Shown: piece by piece, positions 13,601-28,900 of the stretch | How the letters are laid out: each line of letters begins with the position of its first letter | Numbering within the stretch: the first letter of the stretch is position 1 | From: Auanema rhodensis | Lineage: Eukaryota > Animalia > Nematoda | Length of the DNA stretch: 64,000 nt | Direction: 5' to 3' | Assembly: GCA_964057225.1 (NCBI GenBank) | Contig: OZ059900.1 | Span: 21,700,001-21,764,000, forward strand | The notes under the pieces: generated by a model | Told to the model about the DNA's origin: nothing | Database searches by the model: none | What the model saw: only the letters and a program-made list of their open reading frames with translations | Program-made: the position numbers and the translations under genes

Positions 13601-14709
13601 TGAACAAAAATCGATTTAATCAATATTAGCCATAAAGGGCGTGCCCTCAGAATATGCTAATTTCCTTAATTTTCTAACCCCTGTTTTTTTGTCGTGAAAG
13701 TGGAACTAGACGTTGTAGGAACAATTTTGAGCTAGGTTTCATTGACATTGCATGAGTTTGAACACATGAAATCGTAAGTCAAAACCTTGTTTACAGCGAA
13801 ATTTCCAAAAACTGGTTTTCCAGCATAATAAAATATTTCTCATGGGAAATACTGTGTTTTTGTATTTTTCTAGTGTTCAGCATGTAAAATGCTTCATTTT
13901 AGTATGTAACACGCTGAAATTCGTTGCATTTGACGACTCATATGAACAAAAATCGATTTAATCAATATTAGCCATAAGGGGCGTGCCCTCAGAATATGCT
14001 AATTTCCTTAATTTTCTAACCCCTGTTTTTTTGTCGTGAAAGTGGAACTAGACGTTGTACGAACAATTTTGAGCTAGGTTTCATTGACATTGCATGAGTT
14101 TGAACACATGAAATCGTAAGTCAAAACCTTGTTTACAGCGAAATTTCCAAAAACTGGTTTTCCAGCATAATAAAATTATTCTCATGGGAAATACTGTGTT
14201 TTTGTATTTTTCTAGTGTTCAGCATGTAAAATGCTTCATTTTAGTATGTAACACGCTGAAATTCGTTGCATTTGACGACTCATATGAACAAAAATCGATT
14301 TAATCAATATTAGCCATAAGGGGCGTGCCCTCAGAATATGCTAATTTCCTTAATTTTCTAACCCCTGTTTTTTTGTCGTGAAAGTGGAACTAGACGTTGT
14401 ACGAACAATTTTGAGCTAGGTTTCATTGACATTGCATGAGTTTGAACACATGAAATCGTAAGTCAAAACCTTGTTTACAGCGAAATTTCCAAAAACTGGT
14501 TTTCCAGCATAATAAAATATTTCTCATGGGAAATACTGTGTTTTTGTATTTTTCTAGTGTTCAGCATGTAAAATGCTTCATTTTAGTATGTAACACGCTG
14601 AAATTCGTTGCATTTGACGACTCATATGAACAAAAATCGATTTAATCAATATTAGCCATAAAGGGCGTGCCCTCAGAATATGCTAATTTCCTTAATTTTC
14701 TAACCCCTG
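10604..14709 (+). repeat. Local higher-order repeat: tandem duplication of a 6-monomer unit (2053 bp)
   Basis: The monomer with linked rare variants gaaCcagac + ggtttTatt + catgtGaaat occurs at 11311 and 13364 (offset 6x342+1). The variant order of the neighbouring monomers is identical. Confidence 0.88.
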
Positions 14710-17700
14710 TTTTTTTGTCGTGAAAGTGGAACTAGACGTTGTAGGAACAATTTTGAGCTAGGTTTCATTGACATTGCATGAGTTTGAACACATGAAATCG
14801 TAAGTCAAAACCTTGTTTACAGCGAAATTTTCAAAAACTGGTTTTCCAGCATAATAAAATATTTCTCATGGGAAATACTGTGTTTTTGTATTTTTCTAGT
14901 GTTCAGCATGTAAAATGCTTCATTTTAGTATGTAACACGCTGAAATTCGTTGCATTTGACGACTCATATGAACAAAAATCGATTTAATCAATATTAGCCA
15001 TAAGGGGCGTGCCCTCAGAATATGCTAATTTCCTTAATTTTCTAACCCCTGTTTTTTTGTCGTGAAAGTGGAACTAGTCGTTGTACGAACAATTTTGAGC
15101 TAGGTTTCATTGACATTGCATGAGTTTGAACACATGAAATCGTAAGTCAAAACCTTGTTTACAGCGAAATTTCCAAAAACTGGTTTTCCAGCATAATAAA
15201 ATATTTCTCATGGGAAATACTGTGTTTTTGTATTTTTCTAGTGTTCAGCATGTAAAATGCTTCATTTTAGTATGTAACACGCTGAAATTCGTTGCATTTG
15301 ACGACTCATATGAACAAAAATCGATTTAATCAATATTAGCCATAAAGGGCGTGCCCTCAGAATATGCTAATTTCCTTAATTTTCTAACCCCTGTTTTTTT
15401 GTCGTGAAAGTGGAACTAGACGTTGTAGGAACAATTTTGAGCTAGGTTTCATTGACATTGCATGAGTTTGAACACATGAAATCGTAAGTCAAAACCTTGT
15501 TTATAGCGAAATTTTCAAAAACTGGTTTTCCAGCATAATAAAATATTTCTCATGGGAAATACTGTGTTTTTGTATTTTTCTAGTGTTCAGCATGTAAAAT
15601 GCTTCATTTTAGTATGTAACACGCTGAAATTCGTTGCATTTGACGACTCATATGAACAAAAATCGATTTAATCAATATTAGCCATAAGGGGCGTGCCCTC
15701 AGAATATGCTAATTTCCTTAATTTTCTAACCCCTGTTTTTTTGTCGTGAAAGTGGAACTAGTCGTTGTACGAACAATTTTGAGCTAGGTTTCATTGACAT
15801 TGCATGAGTTTGAACACATGAAATCGTAAGTCAAAACCTTGTTTACAGCGAAATTTCCAAAAACTGGTTTTCCAGCATAATAAAATATTTCTCATGGGAA
15901 ATACTGTGTTTTTGTATTTTTCTAGTGTTCAGCATGTAAAATGCTTCATTTTAGTATGTAACACGCTGAAATTCGTTGCATTTGACGACTCATATGAACA
16001 AAAATCGATTTAATCAATATTAGCCATAAGGGGCGTGCCCTCAGAATATGCTAATTTCCTTAATTTTCTAACCCCTGTTTTTTTGTCGTGAAAGTGGAAC
16101 TAGACGTTGTACGAACAATTTTGAGCTAGGTTTCATTGACATTGCATGAGTTTGAACACATGAAATCGTAAGTCAAAACCTTGTTTACAGCGAAATTTCC
16201 AAAAACTGGTTTTCCAGCATAATAAAATATTTCTCATGGGAAATACTGTGTTTTTGTATTTTTCTAGTGTTCAGCATGTAAAATGCTTCATTTTAGTATG
16301 TAACACGCTGAAATTCGTTGCATTTGACGACTCATATGAACAAAAATCGATTTAATCAATATTAGCCATAAGGGGCGTGCCCTCAGAATATGCTAATTTC
16401 CTTAATTTTCTAACCCCTGTTTTTTTGTCGTGAAAGTGGAACTAGTCGTTGTACGAACAATTTTGAGCTAGGTTTCATTGACATTGCATGAGTTTGAACA
16501 CATGAAATCGTAAGTCAAAACCTTGTTTACAGCGAAATTTCCAAAAACTGGTTTTCCAGCATAATAAAATATTTCTCATGGGAAATACTGTGTTTTTGTA
16601 TTTTTCTAGTGTTCAGCATGTAAAATGCTTCATTTTAGTATGTAACACGCTGAAATTCGTTGCATTTGACGACTCATATGAACAAAAATCGATTTAATCA
16701 ATATTAGCCATAAGGGGCGTGCCCTCAGAATATGCTAATTTCCTTAATTTTCTAACCCCTGTTTTTTTGTCGTGAAAGTGGAACTAGACGTTGTACGAAC
16801 AATTTTGAGCTAGGTTTCATTGACATTGCATGAGTTTGAACACATGAAATCGTAAGTCAAAACCTTGTTTACAGCGAAATTTCCAAAAACTGGTTTTCCA
16901 GCATAATAAAATTATTCTCATGGGAAATACTGTGTTTTTGTATTTTTCTAGTGTTCAGCATGTAAAATGCTTCATTTTAGTATGTAACACGCTGAAATTC
17001 GTTGCATTTGACGACTCATATGAACAAAAATCGATTTAATCAATATTAGCCATAAGGGGCGTGCCCTCAGAATATGCTAATTTCCTTAATTTTCTAACCC
17101 CTGTTTTTTTGTCGTGAAAGTGGAACTAGACGTTGTACGAACAATTTTGAGCTAGGTTTCATTGACATTGCATGAGTTTGAACACATGAAATCGTAAGTC
17201 AAAACCTTGTTTACAGCGAAATTTCCAAAAACTGGTTTTCCAGCATAATAAAATATTTCTCATGGGAAATACTGTGTTTTTGTATTTTTCTAGTGTTCAG
17301 CATGTAAAATGCTTCATTTTAGTATGTAACACGCTGAAATTCGTTGCATTTGACGACTCATATGAACAAAAATCGATTTAATCAATATTAGCCATAAAGG
17401 GCGTGCCCTCAGAATATGCTAATTTCCTTAATTTTCTAACCCCTGTTTTTTTGTCGTGAAAGTGGAACTAGACGTTGTAGGAACAATTTTGAGCTAGGTT
17501 TCATTGACATTGCATGAGTTTGAACACATGAAATCGTAAGTCAAAACCTTGTTTACAGCGAAATTTCCAAAAACTGGTTTTCCAGCATAATAAAATATTT
17601 CTCATGGGAAATACTGTGTTTTTGTATTTTTCTAGTGTTCAGCATGTAAAATGCTTCATTTTAGTACGTAACACGCTGAAATTCGTTGTATTTGACGACT

Positions 17701-18813
17701 CATATGAACAAAAATCGATTTAATCAATATTAGCCATAAGGGGCGTGCCCTCAGAATATGCTAATTTCCTTAATTTTCTAACCCCTGTTTTTTTGTCGTG
17801 AAAGTGGAACTAGACGTTGTACGAACAATTTTGAGCTAGGTTTCATTGACATTGCATGAGTTTGAACACATGAAATCGTAAGTCAAAACCTTGTTTACAG
17901 CGAAATTTCCAAAAACTGGTTTTCCAGCATAATAAAATATTTCTCATGGGAAATACTGTGTTTTTGTATTTTTCTAGTGTTCAGCATGTAAAATGCTTCA
18001 TTTTAGTATGTAACACGCTGAAATTCGTTGCATTTGACGACTCATATGAACAAAAATCGATTTAATCAATATTAGCCATAAAGGGCGTGCCCTCAGAATA
18101 TGCTAATTTCCTTAATTTTCTAACCCCTGTTTTTTTGTCGTGAAAGTGGAACTAGACATTGTATTAACAATTTTGAGCTAGGTTTCATTGACATTGCATG
18201 AGTTTGAACACATGAAATCGTAAGTCAAAACCTTGTTTACAGCGAAATTTCCAAAAACTGGTTTTCCAGCATAATAAAATATTTCTCATGGGTATTACTG
18301 TGTTTTTGTATTTTTCTAGTGTTCAGCATGTAAAATGCTTCATTTTAGTATGTAACACGCTGAAATTCGTTGCATTTGACGACTCATATGAACAAAAATC
18401 GATTTAATCAATATTAGCCATAAGGGGCGTGCCCTCAGAATATGCTAATTTCCTTAATTTTCTAACCCCTGTTTTTTTGTCGTGAAAGTGGAACTAGTCG
18501 TTGTACGAACAATTTTGAGCTAGGTTTCATTGACATTGCATGAGTTTGAACACATGAAATCGTAAGTCAAAACCTTGTTTACAGCGAAATTTCCAAAAAC
18601 TGGTTTTCCAGCATAATAAAATATTTCTCATGGGAAATACTGTGTTTTTGTATTTTTCTAGTGTTCAGCATGTAAAATGCTTCATTTTAGTATGTAACAC
18701 GCTGAAATTCGTTGCATTTGACGACTCATATGAACAAAAATCGATTTAATCAATATTAGCCATAAGGGGCGTGCCCTCAGAATATGCTAATTTCCTTAAT
18801 TTTCTAACCCCTG

Positions 18814-21800
18814 TTTTTTTGTCGTGAAAGTGGAACTAGACGTTGTACGAACAATTTTGAGCTAGGTTTCATTGACATTGCATGAGTTTGAACACATGAA
18901 ATCGTAAGTCAAAACCTTGTTTACAGCGAAATTTCCAAAAACTGGTTTTCCAGCATAATAAAATATTTCTCATGGGAAATACTGTGTTTTTGTATTTTTC
19001 TAGTGTTCAGCATGTAAAATGCTTCATTTTAGTATGTAACACGCTGAAATTCGTTGCATTTGACGACTCATATGAACAAAAATCGATTTAATCAATATTA
19101 GCCATAAAGGGCGTGCCCTCAGAATATGCTAATTTCCTTAATTTTCTAACCCCTGTTTTTTTGTCGTGAAAGTGGAACTAGACGTTGTAGGAACAATTTT
19201 GAGCTAGGTTTCATTGACATTGCATGAGTTTGAACACATGAAATCGTAAGTCAAAACCTTGTTTACAGCGAAATTTCCAAAAACTGGTTTTCCAGCATAA
19301 TAAAATATTTCTCATGGGTATTACTGTGTTTTTGTATTTTTCTAGTGTTCAGCATGTAAAATGCTTCATTTTAGTATGTAACACGCTGAAATTCGTTGCA
19401 TTTGACGACTCATATGAACAAAAATCGATTTAATCAATATTAGCCATAAGGGGCGTGCCCTCAGAATATGCTAATTTCCTTAATTTTCTAACCCCTGTTT
19501 TTTTGTCGTGAAAGTGGAACTAGTCGTTGTACGAACAATTTTGAGCTAGGTTTCATTGACATTGCATGAGTTTGAACACATGAAATCGTAAGTCAAAACC
19601 TTGTTTACAGCGAAATTTCCAAAAACTGGTTTTCCAGCATAATAAAATATTTCTCATGGGAAATACTGTGTTTTTGTATTTTTCTAGTGTTCAGCATGTA
19701 AAATGCTTCATTTTAGTATGTAACACGCTGAAATTCGTTGCATTTGACGACTCATATGAACAAAAATCGATTTAATCAATATTAGCCATAAGGGGCGTGC
19801 CCTCAGAAAATGCTAATTTCCTTAATTTTCTAACCCCTGTTTTTTTGTCGTGAAAGTGGAACTAGACGTTGTACGAACAATTTTGAGCTAGGTTTCATTG
19901 ACATTGCATGAGTTTGAACACATGAAATCGTAAGTCAAAACCTTGTTTACAGCGAAATTTCCAAAAACTGGTTTTCCAGCATAATAAAATATTTCTCATG
20001 GGAAATACTGTGTTTTTGTATTTTTCTAGTGTTCAGCATGTAAAATGCTTCATTTTAGTATGTAACACGCTGAAATTCGTTGCATTTGACGACTCATATG
20101 AACAAAAATCGATTTAATCAATATTAGCCATAAAGGGCGTGCCCTCAGAATATGCTAATTTCCTTAATTTTCTAACCCCTGTTTTTTTGTCGTGAAAGTG
20201 GAACTAGACGTTGTAGGAACAATTTTGAGCTAGGTTTCATTGACATTGCATGAGTTTGAACACATGAAATCGTAAGTCAAAACCTTGTTTACAGCGAAAT
20301 TTCCAAAAACTGGTTTTCCAGCATAATAAAATATTTCTCATGGGAAATACTGTGTTTTTGTATTTTTCTAGTGTTCAGCATGTAGAATGCTTCATTTTAG
20401 TACGTAACACGCTGAAATTCGTTGCATTTGACGACTCATATGAACAAAAATCGATTTAATCAATATTAGCCATAAAGGGCGTGCCCTCAGAATATGCTAA
20501 TTTCCTTAATTTTCTAACCCCTGTTTTTTTGTCGTGAAAGTGGAACTAGACGTTGTAGGAACAATTTTGAGCTAGGTTTCATTGACATTGCATGAGTTTG
20601 AACACATGAAATCGTAAGTCAAAACCTTGTTTACAGCGAAATTTCCAAAAACTGGTTTTCCAGCATAATAAAATATTTCTCATGGGAAATACTGTGTTTT
20701 TGTATTTTTCTAGTGTTCAGCATGTAAAATGCTTCATTTTAGTATGTAACACGCTGAAATTCGTTGCATTTGACGACTCATATGAACAAAAATCGATTTA
20801 ATCAATATTAGCCATAAGGGGCGTGCCCTCAGAATATGCTAATTTCCTTAATTTTCTAACCCCTGTTTTTTTGTCGTGAAAGTGGAACTAGACGTTGTAC
20901 GAACAATTTTGAGCTAGGTTTCATTGACATTGCATGAGTTTGAACACATGAAATCGTAAGTCAAAACCTTGTTTACAGCGAAATTTCCAAAAACTGGTTT
21001 TCCAGCATAATAAAATATTTCTCATGGGAAATACTGTGTTTTTGTATTTTTCTAGTGTTCAGCATGTAAAATGCTTCATTTTAGTATGTAACACGCTGAA
21101 ATTCGTTGCATTTGACGACTCATATGAACAAAAATCGATTTAATCAATATTAGCCATAAAGGGCGTGCCCTCAGAATATGCTAATTTCCTTAATTTTCTA
21201 ACCCCTGTTTTTTTGTCGTGAAAGTGGAACTAGACGTTGTAGGAACAATTTTGAGCTAGGTTTCATTGACATTGCATGAGTTTGAACACATGAAATCGTA
21301 AGTCAAAACCTTGTTTACAGCGAAATTTCCAAAAACTGGTTTTCCAGCATAATAAAATATTTCTCATGGGTATTACTGTGTTTTTGTATTTTTCTAGTGT
21401 TCAGCATGTAAAATGCTTCATTTTAGTATGTAACACGCTGAAATTCGTTGCATTTGACGACTCATATGAACAAAAATCGATTTAATCAATATTAGCCATA
21501 AGGGGCGTGCCCTCAGAATATGCTAATTTCCTTAATTTTCTAACCCCTGTTTTTTTGTCGTGAAAGTGGAACTAGTCGTTGTACGAACAATTTTGAGCTA
21601 GGTTTCATTGACATTGCATGAGTTTGAACACATGAAATCGTAAGTCAAAACCTTGTTTACAGCGAAATTTCCAAAAACTGGTTTTCCAGCATAATAAAAT
21701 ATTTCTCATGGGAAATACTGTGTTTTTGTATTTTTCTAGTGTTCAGCATGTAAAATGCTTCATTTTAGTATGTAACACGCTGAAATTCGTTGCATTTGAC

Positions 21801-22918
21801 GACTCATATGAACAAAAATCGATTTAATCAATATTAGCCATAAGGGGCGTGCCCTCAGAAAATGCTAATTTCCTTAATTTTCTAACCCCTGTTTTTTTGT
21901 CGTGAAAGTGGAACTAGACGTTGTACGAACAATTTTGAGCTAGGTTTCATTGACATTGCATGAGTTTGAACACATGAAATCGTAAGTCAAAACCTTGTTT
22001 ACAGCGAAATTTCCAAAAACTGGTTTTCCAGCATAATAAAATATTTCTCATGGGAAATACTGTGTTTTTGTATTTTTCTAGTGTTCAGCATGTAAAATGC
22101 TTCATTTTAGTATGTAACACGCTGAAATTCGTTGCATTTGACGACTCATATGAACAAAAATCGATTTAATCAATATTAGCCATAAAGGGCGTGCCCTCAG
22201 AATATGCTAATTTCCTTAATTTTCTAACCCCTGTTTTTTTTGTCGTGAAAGTGGAACTAGACGTTGTAGGAACAATTTTGAGCTAGGTTTCATTGACATT
22301 GCATGAGTTTGAACACATGAAATCGTAAGTCAAAACCTTGTTTACAGCGAAATTTCCAAAAACTGGTTTTCCAGCATAATAAAATATTTCTCATGGGAAA
22401 TACTGTGTTTTTGTATTTTTCTAGTGTTCAGCATGTAGAATGCTTCATTTTAGTACGTAACACGCTGAAATTCGTTGCATTTGACGACTCATATGAACAA
22501 AAATCGATTTAATCAATATTAGCCATAAAGGGCGTGCCCTCAGAATATGCTAATTTCCTTAATTTTCTAACCCCTGTTTTTTTGTCGTGAAAGTGGAACT
22601 AGACGTTGTAGGAACAATTTTGAGCTAGGTTTCATTGACATTGCATGAGTTTGAACACATGAAATCGTAAGTCAAAACCTTGTTTACAGCGAAATTTCCA
22701 AAAACTGGTTTTCCAGCATAATAAAATATTTCTCATGGGAAATACTGTGTTTTTGTATTTTTCTAGTGTTCAGCATGTAAAATGCTTCATTTTAGTATGT
22801 AACACGCTGAAATTCGTTGCATTTGACGACTCATATGAACAAAAATCGATTTAATCAATATTAGCCATAAGGGGCGTGCCCTCAGAATATGCTAATTTCC
22901 TTAATTTTCTAACCCCTG
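18814..22918 (+). repeat. Local higher-order repeat: tandem duplication of a 6-monomer unit (2052 bp)
   Basis: Private variant cagaaAatg at 19804 and 21856 (offset 2052); tgtaGaatg + tagtaCgt at 20381 and 22434 (offset 2053). Confidence 0.9.
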
Positions 22919-25900
22919 TTTTTTTGTCGTGAAAGTGGAACTAGACGTTGTAGGAACAATTTTGAGCTAGGTTTCATTGACATTGCATGAGTTTGAACAC
23001 ATGAAATCGTAAGTCAAAACCTTGTTTACAGCGATATTTTCAAAAACTGGTTTTCCAGCATAATAAAATATTTCTCATGGGAAATACTGTGTTTTTGTAT
23101 TTTTCTAGTGTTCAGCATGTAAAATGCTTCATTTTAGTATGTAACACGCTGAAATTCGTTGCATTTGACGACTCATATGAACAAAAATCGATTTAATCAA
23201 TATTAGCCATAAGGGGCGTGCCCTCAGAATATGCTAATTTCCTTAATTTTCTAACCCCTGTTTTTTTGTCGTGAAAGTGGAACTAGACGTTGTACGAACA
23301 ATTTTGAGCTAGGTTTCATTGACATTGCATGAGTTTGAACACATGAAATCGTAAGTCAAAACCTTGTTTACAGCGAAATTTCCAAAAACTGGTTTTCCAG
23401 CATAATAAAATATTTCTCATGGGTATTACTGTGTTTTTGTATTTTTCTAGTGTTCAGCATGTAAAATGCTTCATTTTAGTATGTAACACGCTGAAATTTG
23501 TTGCATTTGACGACTCATATGAACAAAAATCGATTTAATCAATATTAGCCATAAGGGGCGTGCCCTCAGAATATGCTAATTTCCTTAATTTTCTAACCCC
23601 TGTTTTTTTGTCGTGAAAGTGGAACTAGACGTTGTACGAACAATTTTGAGCTAGGTTTCATTGACATTGCATGAGTTTGAACACATGAAATCGTAAGTCA
23701 AAACCTTGTTTACAGCGAAATTTCCAAAAACTGGTTTTCCAGCATAATAAAATATTTCTCATGGGAAATACTGTGTTTTTGTATTTTTCTAGTGTTCAGC
23801 ATGTGAAATGCTTCATTTTAGTATGTAACACGCTGAAATTCGTTGCATTTGACGACTCATATGAACAAAAATCGATTTAATCAATATTAGCCATAAAGGG
23901 CGTGCCCTCAGAATATGCTAATTTCCTTAATTTTCTAACCCCTGTTTTTTTGTCGTGAAAGTGGAACTAGACGTTGTAGGAACAATTTTGAGCTAGGTTT
24001 CATTGACATTGCATGAGTTTGAACACATGAAATCGTAAGTCAAAACCTTGTTTACAGCGAAATTTCCAAAAACTGGTTTTCCAGCATAATAAAATATTTC
24101 TCATGGGAAATACTGTGTTTTTGTATTTTTCTAGTGTTCAGCATGTAAAATGCTTCATTTTAGTATGTAACACGCTGAAATTCGTTGCATTTGACGACTC
24201 ATATGAACAAAAATCGATTTAATCAATATTAGCCATAAGGGGGCGTGCCCTCAGAATATGCTAATTTCCTTAATTTTCTAACCCCTGTTTTTTTGTCGTG
24301 AAAGTGGAACTAGACGTTGTACGAACAATTTTGAGCTAGGTTTCATTGACATTGCATGAGTTTGAACACATGAAATCGTAAGTCAAAACCTTGTTTACAG
24401 CGAAATTTCCAAAAACTGGTTTTCCAGCATAATAAAATATTTCTCATGGGAAATACTGTGTTTTTGTATTTTTCTAGTGTTCAGCATGTAAAATGCTTCA
24501 TTTTAGTATGTAACACGCTGAAATTCGTTGCATTTGACGACTCATATGAACAAAAATCGATTTAATCAATATTAGCCATAAGGGGCGTGCCCTCAGAATA
24601 TGCTAATTTCCTTAATTTTCTAACCCCTGTTTTTTTGTCGTGAAAGTGGAACCAGACGTTGTACGAACAATTTTGAGCTAGGTTTCATTGACATTGCATG
24701 AGTTTGAACACATGAAATCGTAAGTCAAAACCTTGTTTACAGCGAAATTTCCAAAAACTGGTTTTCCAGCATAATAAAATATTTCTCATGGGAAATACTG
24801 TGTTTTTGTATTTTTCTAGTGTTCAGCATGTGAAATGCTTCATTTTAGTATGTAACACGCTGAAATTCGTTGCATTTGACGACTCATATGAACAAAAATC
24901 GATTTAATCAATATTAGCCATAAAGGGCGTGCCCTCAGAATATGCTAATTTCCTTAATTTTCTAACCCCTGTTTTTTTGTCGTTGAAAGTGGAACTAGAC
25001 GTTGTAGGAACAATTTTGAGCTAGGTTTCATTGACATTGCATGAGTTTGAACACATGAAATCGTAAGTCAAAACCTTGTTTACAGCGAAATTTCCAAAAA
25101 CTGGTTTTCCAGCATAATAAAATATTTCTCATGGGAAATACTGTGTTTTTGTATTTTTCTAGTGTTCAGCATGTAAAATGCTTCATTTTAATATGTAACA
25201 CGCTGAAATTCGTTGCATTTGACGACTCATATGAACAAAAATCGATTTAATCAATATTAGCCATAAGGGGCGTGCCCTCAGAATATGCTAATTTCCTTAA
25301 TTTTCTAACCCCTGTTTTTTTGTCGTGAAAGTGGAACTAGACGTTGTACGAACAATTTTGAGCTAGGTTTCATTGACATTGCATGAGTTTGAACACATGA
25401 AATCGTAAGTCAAAACCTTGTTTACAGCGAAATTTCCAAAAACTGGTTTTCCAGCATAATAAAATATTTCTCATGGGAAATACTGTGTTTTTGTATTTTT
25501 CTAGTGTTCAGCATGTAAAATGCTTCATTTTAGTATGTAACACGCTGAAATTCGTTGCATTTGACGACTCATATGAACAAAAATCGATTTAATCAATATT
25601 AGCCATAAGGGGCGTGCCCTCAGAATATGCTAATTTCCTTAATTTTCTAACCCCTGTTTTTTTGTCGTGAAAGTGGAACTAGACGTTGTACGAACAATTT
25701 TGAGCTGGGTTTCATTGACATTGCATGAGTTTGAACACATGAAATCGTAAGTCAAAACCTTGTTTACAGCGAAATTTCCAAAAACTGGTTTTCCAGCATA
25801 ATAAAATATTTCTCATGGGAAATACTGTGTTTTTGTATTTTTCTAGTGTTCAGCATGTAAAATGCTTCATTTTAGTATGTAACACGCTGAAATTCGTTGC

Positions 25901-28900
25901 ATTTGACGACTCATATGAACAAAAATCGATTTAATCAATATTAGCCATAAGGGGCGTGCCCTCAGAATATGCTAATTTCCTTAATTTTCTAACCCCTGTT
26001 TTTTTGTCGTGAAAGTGGAACTAGACATTGTATTAACAATTTTGAGCTAGGTTTCATTGACATTGCATGAGTTTGAACACATGAAATCGTAAGTCAAAAC
26101 CTTGTTTACAGCGAAATTTCCAAAAACTGGTTTTCCAGCATAATAAAATATTTCTCATGGGAAATACTGTGTTTTTGTATTTTTCTAGTGTTCAGCATGT
26201 AAAATGCTTCATTTTAGTATGTAACACGCTGAAATTCGTTGCATTTGACGACTCATATGAACAAAAATCGATTTAATCAATATTAGCCATAAGGGGCGTG
26301 CCCTCAGAATATGCTAATTTCCTTAATTTTCTAACCCCTGTTTTTTTGTCGTGAAAGTGGAACTAGACGTTGTAGGAACAATTTTGAGCTAGGTTTCATT
26401 GACATTGCATGAGTTTGAACACATGAAATCGTAAGTCAAAACCTTGTTTACAGCGATATTTTCAAAAACTGGTTTTCCAGCATAATAAAATATTTCTCAT
26501 GGGAAATACTGTGTTTTTGTATTTTTCTAGTGTTCAGCATGTAAAATGCTTCATTTTAGTATGTAACACGCTGAAATTCGTTGCATTTGACGACTCATAT
26601 GAACAAAAATCGATTTAATCAATATTAGCCATAAGGGGCGTGCCCTCAGAATATGCTAATTTCCTTAATTTTCTAACCCCTGTTTTTTTGTCGTGAAAGT
26701 GGAACTAGACGTTGTACGAACAATTTTGAGCTAGGTTTCATTGACATTGCATGAGTTTGAACACATGAAATCGTAAGTCAAAACCTTGTTTACAGCGAAA
26801 TTTCCAAAAACTGGTTTTCCAGCATAATAAAATATTTCTCATGGGAAATACTGTGTTTTTGTATTTTTCTAGTGTTCAGCATGTGAAATGCTTCATTTTA
26901 GTATGTAACACGCTGAAATTCGTTGCATTTGACGACTCATATGAACAAAAATCGATTTAATCAATATTAGCCATAAAGGGCGTGCCCTCAGAATATGCTA
27001 ATTTCCTTAATTTTCTAACCCCTGTTTTTTTGTCGTGAAAGTGGAACTAGACGTTGTAGGAACAATTTTGAGCTAGGTTTCATTGACATTGCATGAGTTT
27101 GAACACATGAAATCGTAAGTCAAAACCTTGTTTACAGCGAAATTTCCAAAAACTGGTTTTCCAGCATAATAAAATATTTCTCATGGGAAATACTGTGTTT
27201 TTGTATTTTTCTAGTGTTCAGCATGTAAAATGCTTCATTTTAGTATGTAACACGCTGAAATTCGTTGCATTTGACGACTCATATGAACAAAAATCGATTT
27301 AATCAATATTAGCCATAAGGGGCGTGCCCTCAGAATATGCTAATTTCCTTAATTTTCTAACCCCTGTTTTTTTGTCGTGAAAGTGGAACTAGACGTTGTA
27401 GGAACAATTTTGAGCTAGGTTTCATTGACATTGCATGAGTTTGAACACATGAAATCGTAAGTCAAAACCTTGTTTACAGCGATATTTTCAAAAACTGGTT
27501 TTCCAGCATAATAAAATATTTCTCATGGGAAATACTGTGTTTTTGTATTTTTCTAGTGTTCAGCATGTAAAATGCTTCATTTTAGTATGTAACACGCTGA
27601 AATTCGTTGCATTTGACGACTCATATGAACAAAAATCGATTTAATCAATATTAGCCATAAGGGGCGTGCCCTCAGAATATGCTAATTTCCTTAATTTTCT
27701 AACCCCTGTTTTTTTGTCGTGAAAGTGGAACTAGACGTTGTACGAACAATTTTGAGCTAGGTTTCATTGACATTGCATGAGTTTGAACACATGAAATCGT
27801 AAGTCAAAACCTTGTTTACAGCGAAATTTCCAAAAACTGGTTTTCCAGCATAATAAAATATTTCTCATGGGTATTACTGTGTTTTTGTATTTTTCTAGTG
27901 TTCAGCATGTAAAATGCTTCATTTTAGTATGTAACACGCTGAAATTTGTTGCATTTGACGACTCATATGAACAAAAATCGATTTAATCAATATTAGCCAT
28001 AAGGGGCGTGCCCTCAGAATATGCTAATTTCCTTAATTTTCTAACCCCTGTTTTTTTGTCGTGAAAGTGGAACTAGACGTTGTACGAACAATTTTGAGCT
28101 AGGTTTCATTGACATTGCATGAGTTTGAACACATGAAATCGTAAGTCAAAACCTTGTTTACAGCGAAATTTCCAAAAACTGGTTTTCCAGCATAATAAAA
28201 TATTTCTCATGGGAAATACTGTGTTTTTGTATTTTTCTAGTGTTCAGCATGTGAAATGCTTCATTTTAGTATGTAACACGCTGAAATTCGTTGCATTTGA
28301 CGACTCATATGAACAAAAATCGATTTAATCAATATTAGCCATAAAGGGCGTGCCCTCAGAATATGCTAATTTCCTTAATTTTCTAACCCCTGTTTTTTTG
28401 TCGTGAAAGTGGAACTAGACGTTGTAGGAACAATTTTGAGCTAGGTTTCATTGACATTGCATGAGTTTGAACACATGAAATCGTAAGTCAAAACCTTGTT
28501 TACAGCGAAATTTCCAAAAACTGGTTTTCCAGCATAATAAAATATTTCTCATGGGAAATACTGTGTTTTTGTATTTTTCTAGTGTTCAGCATGTAAAATG
28601 CTTCATTTTAGTATGTAACACGCTGAAATTCGTTGCATTTGACGACTCATATGAACAAAAATCGATTTAATCAATATTAGCCATAAGGGGGCGTGCCCTC
28701 AGAATATGCTAATTTCCTTAATTTTCTAACCCCTGTTTTTTTGTCGTGAAAGTGGAACTAGACGTTGTACGAACAATTTTGAGCTAGGTTTCATTGACAT
28801 TGCATGAGTTTGAACACATGAAATCGTAAGTCAAAACCTTGTTTACAGCGAAATTTCCAAAAACTGGTTTTCCAGCATAATAAAATATTTCTCATGGGAA

